A stretch of DNA of 34,911 nt from a virus (taxonomy: Duplodnaviria; Caudoviricetes), in the IMG/VR virus record IMGVR_UViG_3300011339_000094, positions 1-34,911 of that record; one strand, given 5' to 3'. Made by a program: the position numbers and the translations under genes. The notes under the pieces are model-generated. The model was not told where the DNA came from. It saw only the letters and a list, made by a program, of their open reading frames with translations, and did no database searches. Below are positions 17,076-25,468 of this stretch, one piece after another (position 1 is the first letter of the stretch; every line of letters starts with the position of its first letter).

Positions 17076-17320
17076 TGAATCCTCTAAAAATCGAAATCAA
17101 GAAGACCGTGTTTGCGCACCTCCCTGCGGTTGGCGACTTCGGCATCCTGTCCCGTGATGACCTTGCCACGGTCCTGCACACGGCCTGCACCGAGGCTGCA
17201 TTGGCAGGCTGGGCGCGTGGTGCTGAGGCTGTGCAGAAACGCATGGACCAGGAATGCGAGATTCTGCGCCAGGAGTTGAAGTCTATCCAGATTGAACTGG
17301 ACTATGCAAAGGCCAATTAG
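17072..17320 (+). CDS. Hypothetical protein
   Basis: AAGGAG RBS, ATGA overlap. Confidence 0.75.
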   Translation: MMNPLKIEIKKTVFAHLPAVGDFGILSRDDLATVLHTACTEAALAGWARGAEAVQKRMDQECEILRQELKSIQIELDYAKAN

Positions 17321-17380
17321 CCTAGTCGTGCTGGCGCTCTGCGCCATGCTGTTTTTATTCGATTCACCGGAGTACGAATC

Positions 17381-17566
17381 ATGGATACAGATGATGAGAT
17401 CGAGTCCTGGGCAACCATCGCCCTCGGCCTGATAGCGAGCGTGTTCTTCTTCATCGGCCTGATGGCCGTTGTAGCCGCCGTCTGCATGGCCTGGGGCTAC
17501 TACACCTACCAACCTCTTTGCGGCACTGTCGCCGCGCTGTTCACCCAGGAGTGCAATCGAACATGA
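17381..17566 (+). CDS. Small single-pass membrane protein
   Basis: GGAG RBS; long hydrophobic stretch. Confidence 0.7.
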   Translation: MDTDDEIESWATIALGLIASVFFFIGLMAVVAAVCMAWGYYTYQPLCGTVAALFTQECNRT

Positions 17567-17979
17567 CCGGATTTAATTCAAAGCGTGACGCGGCTGCGGA
17601 CAAGTTGCAGGAGCCTGAGCGTGAAGCATTGAAGCTGGCGCTTGAGGTGATGCAAATCAACCTCACGCTGCTGGAAAAGGTAGACCCATATGAGGACCAA
17701 GAAGACTTGTTGTCCGATTCTCTTGACGTTACGCACAAAGCCATCACCGCCATCAAAGCAGCTTTGGCACAGCCAGCGCAGGAGCCTGTGGCGTTGGTAA
17801 CTGGGGTGTTTGGTGGTAGGTTTACATATGAGCCTTTGAACCGTGCAGCAATTTTGCCAGTTGGCATGGCGCTGTATGCCGCACCACCACAGCCAGCGCA
17901 GGAGCACAACTTCTGCTCACGCTGCGGTAAACGCACAAACGATATTCACACTTGCACACCGCCACAGGGGGACGCATGA
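17563..17979 (+). CDS. Modular phage protein with QPAQE linkers and a C-terminal CxxC..HTC motif
   Basis: AGGAG RBS, ATGA coupling; 18-bp direct repeat at 17768 and 17888. Confidence 0.75.
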   Translation: MTGFNSKRDAAADKLQEPEREALKLALEVMQINLTLLEKVDPYEDQEDLLSDSLDVTHKAITAIKAALAQPAQEPVALVTGVFGGRFTYEPLNRAAILPVGMALYAAPPQPAQEHNFCSRCGKRTNDIHTCTPPQGDA

Positions 17980-18152
17980 TCTGCCCACAACCGCAATGCA
18001 AAGCCTGGACGCGCGTGCTGGAGACCAGGCAAAAGCAGGACAACGAAACCTACCGCCGATATGAGTGCGCGAACGGCCACCGGTTCTTGACGATGGAAAG
18101 AGTGAAAATCAAAGAGGTGAAAAATGAAGATAACCGCGACATTCAACGATGA
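17976..18152 (+). CDS. Zinc-ribbon protein (NrdR N-terminal / Ogr-Delta-like)
   Basis: CPQPQC..TRVLETR..RRYECANGHRFLTME. Confidence 0.75.
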   Translation: MICPQPQCKAWTRVLETRQKQDNETYRRYECANGHRFLTMERVKIKEVKNEDNRDIQR

Positions 18153-18318
18153 GGAGGAGGCTATCAAGGCCATCCACTCAGGTTACGCCTGGCAAACCTT
18201 GCATGAGATCAATGAAGTGCTGCGCCAAAATAGAAAATACGATCTGCCTTTTGAGCAGACCGTATCTCAGATACAGGCATCAGTAAATGATGCCCTGGCA
18301 ATGATTTACCCAGATTAG
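18124..18318 (+). CDS. Hypothetical protein
   Basis: GAGGTG RBS; last gene of the plus-strand operon. Confidence 0.7.
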   Translation: MKITATFNDEEEAIKAIHSGYAWQTLHEINEVLRQNRKYDLPFEQTVSQIQASVNDALAMIYPD

Positions 18319-18587
18319 GCTGCTTCAGCTTCTTCCTCTTCCTCGTCGTCGTACTCTTGGTCGTCGTCGCCCCAATCAGCCTCGTCGTCTTCGACCAGGA
18401 GCCACTCGCCGGTCTCTTCGTTCAGCCAGTACCAGGCGTCGTACTCAGCGTCGAACCAGCAGTAGCAATCTGCCTCTTCGTCGTACTCGTACTCTTCGCC
18501 ATCTTGAAAGCAATCGATTAACGATTCGCAATCGCTGTTGACTTCTACTTCGGTGGAATTGTTGATGATAAATGTGAATGAATACAT
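18315..18587 (-). CDS. Hyper-acidic, aromatic-rich 90-aa protein
   Basis: TAAGGAG RBS; 36 D/E and no K/R/H. Confidence 0.8.
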   Translation of the reverse strand: MYSFTFIINNSTEVEVNSDCESLIDCFQDGEEYEYDEEADCYCWFDAEYDAWYWLNEETGEWLLVEDDEADWGDDDQEYDDEEEEEAEAA

Positions 18588-18597
18588 GGAAAACTCC

Positions 18598-19566
18598 TTA
18601 GACGTTAATGATCTTGCCACGAAACTCTACCTGTCCGTCAGCCCATTTATGAACCAACTCAGGCCACAAAATCCTACCATCTTTGAATGTCAGAACCGCA
18701 AATCCAGACCGGTGGTTCAGCGGATTTCCTTCGCCATAATCAAACTGCGGACCGTAGGGTTCGGCAAGCGTTCCAGTGTCTACACCATACCTATTACCGT
18801 TGTAGTCAGCAAATGGAGTAACCTTCAAACTATGCAGATGGCCGGTGACAATACTTACTCCAGCGTTGACGGTATTGTTGTGGGCGGCGTGGACGCCAGA
18901 CCTGTACCGGTGCTTGATGATGCAGTCCTTGGTGGGCCAGACAGACCAGGCAAACTCCCAGGCTGGAAGATGGTCTTGCAGCTTGAACCCATGCACTTCC
19001 CTGTACTGGGGAGCCTGACTAACCAGTTTGTTAGCAAAGCGCGAATCGTGATTGCCCCATGTAAACAGCAGCTTGCAGTTGTGCCTGGCGGCCTTGGCCG
19101 TCTCCTCAATCTCACCAAGGTGCGTCTGCACCGCCTTCAATTCTTCGATTACAGATGGGGTCTTAGACCAACCCAAAGGGTCGTGCCTGCTGATGCTGGC
19201 CCCGTCAAAGGCGTCGCCGTTAGAGATTACAGCGTGCGGCTTGAGTTCCTTGATGGCCCACAGCAGGCCACGGTATGCGGTGGTGTATTCGCCAGGCCAA
19301 AAGTGAGCGTCACTAAAAACGATTATGGTCTGGTCAAGTATGCCTAGTTCAACTCGATTGAGTGATGTCTGGATTGGCTGCAAGTGCGCGAATGCCTTGG
19401 CTCGTTCGTTATTGCTTACCAATGGCTGGTTTGAATCTTTCTCAATCCTGCGCCGACGGTTATGGACTGAGCGTTCAGAAATATCCAAAAGTTTTGCCAC
19501 TTCAGCGGCAGAACCGTGGCGGTTCCATACCTTGATAAACTCTTCTCGGGAAACTTTAGGTTGCAT
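18598..19566 (-). CDS. Calcineurin-like metallophosphoesterase with N-terminal HTH
   Basis: SDAH, NGDAFD, GNHD, GHLH motifs; N-terminal SAAEVAKLLDISERSV; GGAG RBS. Confidence 0.88.
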   Translation of the reverse strand: MQPKVSREEFIKVWNRHGSAAEVAKLLDISERSVHNRRRRIEKDSNQPLVSNNERAKAFAHLQPIQTSLNRVELGILDQTIIVFSDAHFWPGEYTTAYRGLLWAIKELKPHAVISNGDAFDGASISRHDPLGWSKTPSVIEELKAVQTHLGEIEETAKAARHNCKLLFTWGNHDSRFANKLVSQAPQYREVHGFKLQDHLPAWEFAWSVWPTKDCIIKHRYRSGVHAAHNNTVNAGVSIVTGHLHSLKVTPFADYNGNRYGVDTGTLAEPYGPQFDYGEGNPLNHRSGFAVLTFKDGRILWPELVHKWADGQVEFRGKIINV

Positions 19567-19616
19567 GGTGACTCCACAAAGTTGCGTGGAATCTAACACT
19601 CATTGATGTAATAAAC

Positions 19617-19997
19617 ATGAAGCCCACTAGATTAAAGCAGATTGAGCAGGCGCTCAGAAAGCGCCCCATGACCCGCAAGGAGTTGGCGGCTACGGTGTTC
19701 CTGTCCGAGCGTGCCACCGAGTACAACATGGCAAAGATGCTTGAGCGCGGCCAGGTCTACGTCGCAGGCTGGTCGCGCACCAGCGGGAGGATTGCCAGGG
19801 TCTACGCCTGGGGGATAGGCACTGACGCTCCACGTCCACCAGCCTACTCAGGGTATGAGCGCGTGCAGCGGGTGCGTGAGCGTGAGTCCCAGGAGGACAA
19901 GGATTTCCGCTTGGCGCGTGAGCGTGGCAAGCGCAGGAAGATCAAGGTTGATCCGCTGATGGCGGCTTTTTATGGAGCCAGCAAGCCGCCAAGATAA
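19617..19997 (+). CDS. Winged-HTH DNA-binding protein
   Basis: PMTRKELAATVFLSERATEY..GQVYVAGW pattern; basic C-terminus. Confidence 0.7.
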   Translation: MKPTRLKQIEQALRKRPMTRKELAATVFLSERATEYNMAKMLERGQVYVAGWSRTSGRIARVYAWGIGTDAPRPPAYSGYERVQRVRERESQEDKDFRLARERGKRRKIKVDPLMAAFYGASKPPR

Positions 19998-20881
19998 TTG
20001 CCACTATTGCTAAACGCTTTGGTGTAAGGCGCTTGTTGCAAATTTGCCTCTTGCATTGCTTTCTGTACTGCTGGCCGCCCTTGAGAAAACAATTTTTCTT
20101 TTTCTGCCAAAGCCAATTCTTCAAGCATTTTTGCTTGCCTTGCGTTTTGAATGGCATCCCGTTCTGCTTTTGGAATTGAAGATGCCATGTTCTCTAATAA
20201 ATTCAATTCTTTGCTAAAGTCGTTTCCTACGTCATATACAAATTGATTTTGCGTTGGCCCTTTGCTGTGACCAGAAAACCTAAAAGGTGATTCAAATTTT
20301 TTACCAGTGATTGGGTCTGATATTGACACATAAGAACTAGGACCAGCTTTGCTACCACTATGTTCAACTGAAGCAGACAAACCCATTTCTTTTGCTTTAG
20401 CTGCAAAATTTTCCGCTTGACTTTGTATTAGGTTAGCTTGCTCTGCTCTTGTCAACCCGCTAGGTATAGACATCAACGGATTATCATCAACCAGCTTAAT
20501 GCTTGCCCCTACCGGCAAACCTTCAGTGGCGCGGATAGCTTTCCCAGCAAACGGCGCAACCGCCATCGCAGCGCCCATCGTCTCAGGCAGTAGCCGGTAT
20601 GTCATGCCCCCGCCAGTGCCTAGCCTGTTGCCGTAGGACATAGCTTCAGCAGTCTTCTGCACATCACCGACGCCCAGAAAGTCCATCAGGCGGTTCCTAT
20701 TGGCGGCCATAAAGTCCAAGCCTGGTACACCCATGCGCGGCATCTCCGGCAGCTTGTACGCCTGGCCTAGCAAGTCAGCAACGCCACCCAGGAAAGGATT
20801 GCGTGGTGTTGCCTGTATGGTGTCCTCGTAGTCCAGCAAGCCACCGCGCTTGCGCAGACCGCCTGGGTATGCTGTTGCCAT
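19970..20881 (-). CDS. Putative internal virion/ejected protein with variable C-terminal domain
   Basis: Last gene of the ejection cluster; Gly-rich N-terminus, sharp GC drop below about 20490. Confidence 0.7.
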   Translation of the reverse strand: MATAYPGGLRKRGGLLDYEDTIQATPRNPFLGGVADLLGQAYKLPEMPRMGVPGLDFMAANRNRLMDFLGVGDVQKTAEAMSYGNRLGTGGGMTYRLLPETMGAAMAVAPFAGKAIRATEGLPVGASIKLVDDNPLMSIPSGLTRAEQANLIQSQAENFAAKAKEMGLSASVEHSGSKAGPSSYVSISDPITGKKFESPFRFSGHSKGPTQNQFVYDVGNDFSKELNLLENMASSIPKAERDAIQNARQAKMLEELALAEKEKLFSQGRPAVQKAMQEANLQQAPYTKAFSNSGNYLGGLLAP

Positions 20882-20886
20882 CGTCT

Positions 20887-22797
20887 TTACTCCTGTGCCG
20901 CGCCGATTGCGCTTCCCATGCCCATACGAATCGCCTTCTCGCGCAGTGACTTAGCGAGAGGCTCCACCTTCATCATGTTGGCCTTGCTCATCAGCACAGA
21001 CGCTGTCTGCGGGTCAAGCATGGCCTCCACCAGCAACTGCTGAATCTTGTCATCCGGCAGCTTGTACAGGAAGTCCAGCGGACGTGTCATGGTGCGCAGC
21101 GTCGTGTTGCTTGCCATCGACTCGCTGAATATCTTTCCAATCATGTTGCCCATCGACATATTCTTGAACGTGTCGGAGCCTGGAACCTTCACGCCTGGCG
21201 CTGTAGCCGCCATGCCTCGATTGATTTCGGCAATGATGTTGTCGAGCCTGCGCTGCGCTGGTGCTGATAGTTCTGCGCCAATCTCATCAGCACGATTCGC
21301 CAGTTGCCGACGCAACGCTCCAGCGGCCAGCACAGGCTCTTGCGTCATCAGGTTAGGCTGTCCGGTGGTGACTTTGCGCTCGATGTCTTGCAGAAGGCGC
21401 ATCTGGTCGATAGGACCTGACATCTTCGCGTACTTCTCCATGTACGCCTTGAACCCTGGAGCGCCAGAGTCAATCGTGTTGTCGATGACGGGCAGCAGGT
21501 CGGCCAACTCACCACGCGCTAAACGTAGGTTGGCCTTCTCACCCTGTAGGCGTCCAGACATCATATCGGCAATGTCCTTGCGCACGCTGTACAGCGCGGC
21601 AGGGTCAAGAGTTCCATCAGGAGCCTTGCGTGCATTGATGAGCCTGCGCACCTCTTGCATGGCGTCCAGCACCACGCCGCGCTGCTTCATGGGGTCACTC
21701 ATGGTTGACTGAATCTGCGCCTCGATGGCGTCTGCCGTGACAGGTGCGCGTCCCTCAAATGCCTGCTCACGCATTGGTCCTGCTATGCCTGCACGCTTTG
21801 CCTCGGCAGCAGTAATAGAACCTGGACCACCAGAAAGTCGGCGATAGGCGTCCAGCAGAGCCTGCTGGTTCTGGCTAATACGGGACGGGAAAGCGCCAGT
21901 TTGGTCCAATGCCCTGATGGCAGTCTCAGATGCCGCCAGGCCAGGGTCAAACGCCGTTCCAGCCGTTGTCGGACGCACTCCTGGTACTAGGGGTGCAGCG
22001 CCAGCCAAACGCGCCTGTGCGGCCTCTGAGTTGGTTGCCAAACGATTCAGCACGTTACCGACAATCACCTCACGGCCAGCATTGGTGAACGGCTGCACTA
22101 CGGTGGCCGGTGCTGCCAAGGCGCGTTGAGTGAACGGCAGCTTCGGCCCACCAGGTGCAACCATACCCGCCAGCATCGCACCTCCCATCTGAGCGCCTGG
22201 GCTTGCGCCTGACTCGCGCAGAGTGCCACCGGCAGCGCCTGCCATGCCTGCTCCGGCCACTTGTTGCGCTGGGTAGCGCGAGAGTAGATTAAACACTTCC
22301 GACGGGATTCCTGCAGCCTGGCCGCGCATCAGGTTGGCGTTAGCCAGGTTCTGCGCAACCACGCCAGCACCACGCGCCGATCCCGCGGTCGATGTGCCTG
22401 CGCGGACAATGTCGCTAACCACGCGCTCTGTCGGCGTCTCAGGGATAGGCATTCCCATCTTGGTGGCAATGTTCTCAAACGCCTGAGATGGAGTCGGCAC
22501 GTTGTAGCCAGTAGCGCGATTGAACAGGTTAACCAGAGGGTCACCGGCCATAGTCCCCAGGCCTACTCCTAGAGCGCCAATAGCAGCCCCTGGAGGCCCA
22601 CCAACCATGCCGCCCATCGCAGCACCCGTCATGGCCGGTAATGCTGCTCGTGATGTGAGTCCTACCTGACGCGCCAGGTCCTGCGCTACTGTGCGCTGTC
22701 CTGGTAACTGAGACAACGCTGCGGCCATCTCATCTTGCGTCATGCCATCAGGGAAAGAGACTACTCCGACGCCCTCAATGTTGACTAGTTGAACCAT
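20887..22797 (-). CDS. Putative DNA ejection (internal virion) protein
   Basis: 636 aa, Ala/Gly-rich hydrophobic segments; position after the nozzle cluster. Confidence 0.75.
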   Translation of the reverse strand: MVQLVNIEGVGVVSFPDGMTQDEMAAALSQLPGQRTVAQDLARQVGLTSRAALPAMTGAAMGGMVGGPPGAAIGALGVGLGTMAGDPLVNLFNRATGYNVPTPSQAFENIATKMGMPIPETPTERVVSDIVRAGTSTAGSARGAGVVAQNLANANLMRGQAAGIPSEVFNLLSRYPAQQVAGAGMAGAAGGTLRESGASPGAQMGGAMLAGMVAPGGPKLPFTQRALAAPATVVQPFTNAGREVIVGNVLNRLATNSEAAQARLAGAAPLVPGVRPTTAGTAFDPGLAASETAIRALDQTGAFPSRISQNQQALLDAYRRLSGGPGSITAAEAKRAGIAGPMREQAFEGRAPVTADAIEAQIQSTMSDPMKQRGVVLDAMQEVRRLINARKAPDGTLDPAALYSVRKDIADMMSGRLQGEKANLRLARGELADLLPVIDNTIDSGAPGFKAYMEKYAKMSGPIDQMRLLQDIERKVTTGQPNLMTQEPVLAAGALRRQLANRADEIGAELSAPAQRRLDNIIAEINRGMAATAPGVKVPGSDTFKNMSMGNMIGKIFSESMASNTTLRTMTRPLDFLYKLPDDKIQQLLVEAMLDPQTASVLMSKANMMKVEPLAKSLREKAIRMGMGSAIGAAQE

Positions 22798-22804
22798 GAT
22801 GTAC

Positions 22805-24700
22805 TCACTTCCATTTCTTGGTTGTAGGGTCCCACGTCAATACAGGAGCGCCAACGGCTGCTGGTGCTGCTGGCACCACTACTTGAGGAACGGGCACAAC
22901 CGCACCCAGAGCTTGGTTAGCATCAATGCCGTACTTAGCACCAAAACTAGCATACTCATTACGCTTGTCGTTGTACGCTTTTGATGATGCTGAGAACAAT
23001 TCAGTGGCAAGCGCGTTGAACTCGTTACGCTGTGTAGGAGTAAGCAGAGTTCCATTCTTCCACATATCAACGTAATTGGTCAGCCTGTCAATCTTTCCGG
23101 TTGCAGCCATAGCAATACCCAACTCAGATTCGCGCACCACTGACCCAGGATCAAGCAGTTTCATAATCTTTGTCGCGGCAGCAACGTCACCGATAGGGTT
23201 CGCTTTTTTCAGTGACTCTTGAATCTGCGAGAACGCGCTCTTCATGCCCTGATATTCTTTGTAGATTGGCTCTGCGCTAAATGCGTCTTTAATTTTGAAT
23301 TCGTTTGTGAAACCCTTTTCACCAGTGTTAACAGAAACGGTTGTTCCACCCGCTCCTGATTTTTTGTAATCCTTTACTTCAGCGACACCAGAAGCACCAG
23401 TTCCAGCAAGTGATTCACCAGTTAGATATTCAAGGTTGACCACGTCAGATGATGGTGCGTTGTACTGCGATACACCTTCAATCACCTTTTTTGTGCCATC
23501 GTCGTAATACTGGACCATCTTAGGTACGCCATCAACCAATTGCATTTTTGGTTCGCCTTGTGGCTTGGCAACTTGTCCAACACCGGACACAACTTTGAAT
23601 GTCCCGTCATCGTAATATTGGACCATCTGAGCCTTGCCATCAACCAGTTGCTGCTCAGGCTTTCCGGTAGGTTTAGCCGCTGGAGCAACAGTCCCTCCAC
23701 CAAACAACTTGACACCACCTGATTCAGTGCGCTGGTAGTATTTCCCATCAGCAGCCCTAAATGGTTCACCAACTGGCTTATCTGCTACAGGCATCAGCTT
23801 CTGCGCCATGTCAAAGAATTTGCTGGCCTGCTCAGGGTTTCGTGCAGCGTAGACATCTGCCAGCTTCATGTACTGCTGCGCCTTCCACTCTTTGGGATCA
23901 ACGCCTTCCGGTGCAGGCTGCGCCATGAAGTTAGCGACATTGGCCTGCATATCCTTTGCGGCCTTCGCCTCATCCATCTTCTGCTTCATGCCAATGCTTT
24001 GCAGCAGATTCTGCTGCGCTGCCGTGTAGCCTTGCTGGCCTGCACCATAAGCCTGACCAAGCGCCTGGCCGAGTCCAACTGGAACTCGGCTTGGTCCTGA
24101 TGCCGCAAGCAGTTGCATGGCAGCAGACATCAGACCCTGGTTCTGTAGCTGCGCCTTCTGCTCTGGCGTCATGTACTCGTCGAATGCCGATGCGCCGCCA
24201 AACAGGTCACCCAGCAGGCCAAGTGTGCGGCGCTGTGGTTCAGCTTGTGGTGCAGCTTGCTGTATATCTTCTACAGGCGCTTCTCCAGTAGCTGAACGCA
24301 AGTATTGGTCTGATAGTGTCTGATTGATGTACTGCGAACCTGATGGTGCATAACTTAGGTCACCAACAGCAGGCTGGATATCTCCACCCATCAGGCCCGC
24401 GCTAGGAGTGAAGTCTCCCATACCACCTACATTCGGGTATAGGTTAGCGGCCAGTGGGCTGCGTTGCTTCTGGTAGAAGATGTCAGGACCCTGCCGCGAA
24501 ACGTACTGCGGATTAGACATCTGATCGATGTAGACCGGTTGACCAGGCATACCCGTGATTTCTGGACGGTTCTTGCGTGTCAGCACTTGCTGAATCGTAG
24601 GGCGATACTGCTGGTTAAATCGTCCAGCACCTTGACCACCACCAAGAAAGTATTGGCTGAAGTAATCAGGTACTTGATACAAATCGTATGGTGATGCCAT
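22805..24700 (-). CDS. Putative DNA ejection protein with internal 36-aa repeats
   Basis: AAGGGG RBS before 24700; Gln/Gly-rich; LGQALGQAYGAG and LDPGSVVRESE motifs. Confidence 0.75.
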   Translation of the reverse strand: MASPYDLYQVPDYFSQYFLGGGQGAGRFNQQYRPTIQQVLTRKNRPEITGMPGQPVYIDQMSNPQYVSRQGPDIFYQKQRSPLAANLYPNVGGMGDFTPSAGLMGGDIQPAVGDLSYAPSGSQYINQTLSDQYLRSATGEAPVEDIQQAAPQAEPQRRTLGLLGDLFGGASAFDEYMTPEQKAQLQNQGLMSAAMQLLAASGPSRVPVGLGQALGQAYGAGQQGYTAAQQNLLQSIGMKQKMDEAKAAKDMQANVANFMAQPAPEGVDPKEWKAQQYMKLADVYAARNPEQASKFFDMAQKLMPVADKPVGEPFRAADGKYYQRTESGGVKLFGGGTVAPAAKPTGKPEQQLVDGKAQMVQYYDDGTFKVVSGVGQVAKPQGEPKMQLVDGVPKMVQYYDDGTKKVIEGVSQYNAPSSDVVNLEYLTGESLAGTGASGVAEVKDYKKSGAGGTTVSVNTGEKGFTNEFKIKDAFSAEPIYKEYQGMKSAFSQIQESLKKANPIGDVAAATKIMKLLDPGSVVRESELGIAMAATGKIDRLTNYVDMWKNGTLLTPTQRNEFNALATELFSASSKAYNDKRNEYASFGAKYGIDANQALGAVVPVPQVVVPAAPAAVGAPVLTWDPTTKKWK

Positions 24701-24710
24701 CTTGTTCCCC

Positions 24711-25457
24711 TTATCCGCCAAAATATCCAAGCAGTCCGCCTAGCAACGCGCCGGTTCCACCGTAGTTTGCACCGCCTAATTTCTGCCCTGCCAATGCACC
24801 ACCCAAAGCGCCTGACAATGGATTCGTATAGTACGGTTGCGTCTGGGTCATACCGAGATTCGGTAGCTGGGTGCTGAGTCCACCGGACGCAATCTGTAGC
24901 TTCTCCAGGCCGATGTTGCGCAGGGCATCCATCTGCGCCTGCTCCAACTGCTGACGCGCACCGCCCAGGCCCATCACCGCCTGGCCGCCGGAGATGTTCG
25001 CACCTCGGGCGTACTGCGCCAGGTTAGCCGCCTGGCCGTAACCCGCCGCACGCATCTGCGCAGCAGTGTCAGCCGCCTGCTTGATGGCCGCGGCATTTGT
25101 GAGTGACTCCTGCACGCCCTGGCGTGATCCACCAAAAGCGCGTGCAGCGGTAGCCGCCTGCCGGTCTTGCAAGCGCCGAGTGTCCAGTGCCCCACCGACA
25201 TCAGCCAATGCACGCTGAACCACCTCGTTTTCGTAGGGGTTCATGAACTGCTGGATGGACTCGCCGGTAAATGGTGTTAGAGCCTCATTCGTGACCATCT
25301 CCTCACCAGCCGTATACAGAGGATTGAACCCAGCAAACTGCCGTACCGGTAATGCACCCGCTACGTTCTGAGCCTGCCCGACATTGCGGAGATAGGCCGC
25401 CTTCAGATCAGGGTCAATTGCTGTGGTTGCTGTAGTGCTGCCGCCGCCTTTAGACAT
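24711..25457 (-). CDS. Putative ejection/pilot protein
   Basis: MSKGGGS start, FMNPY, AFGGSR, Gly-rich hydrophobic C-terminus; AAGGAG RBS. Confidence 0.75.
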   Translation of the reverse strand: MSKGGGSTTATTAIDPDLKAAYLRNVGQAQNVAGALPVRQFAGFNPLYTAGEEMVTNEALTPFTGESIQQFMNPYENEVVQRALADVGGALDTRRLQDRQAATAARAFGGSRQGVQESLTNAAAIKQAADTAAQMRAAGYGQAANLAQYARGANISGGQAVMGLGGARQQLEQAQMDALRNIGLEKLQIASGGLSTQLPNLGMTQTQPYYTNPLSGALGGALAGQKLGGANYGGTGALLGGLLGYFGG

Positions 25458-25468
25458 ATCGTTTCTCC

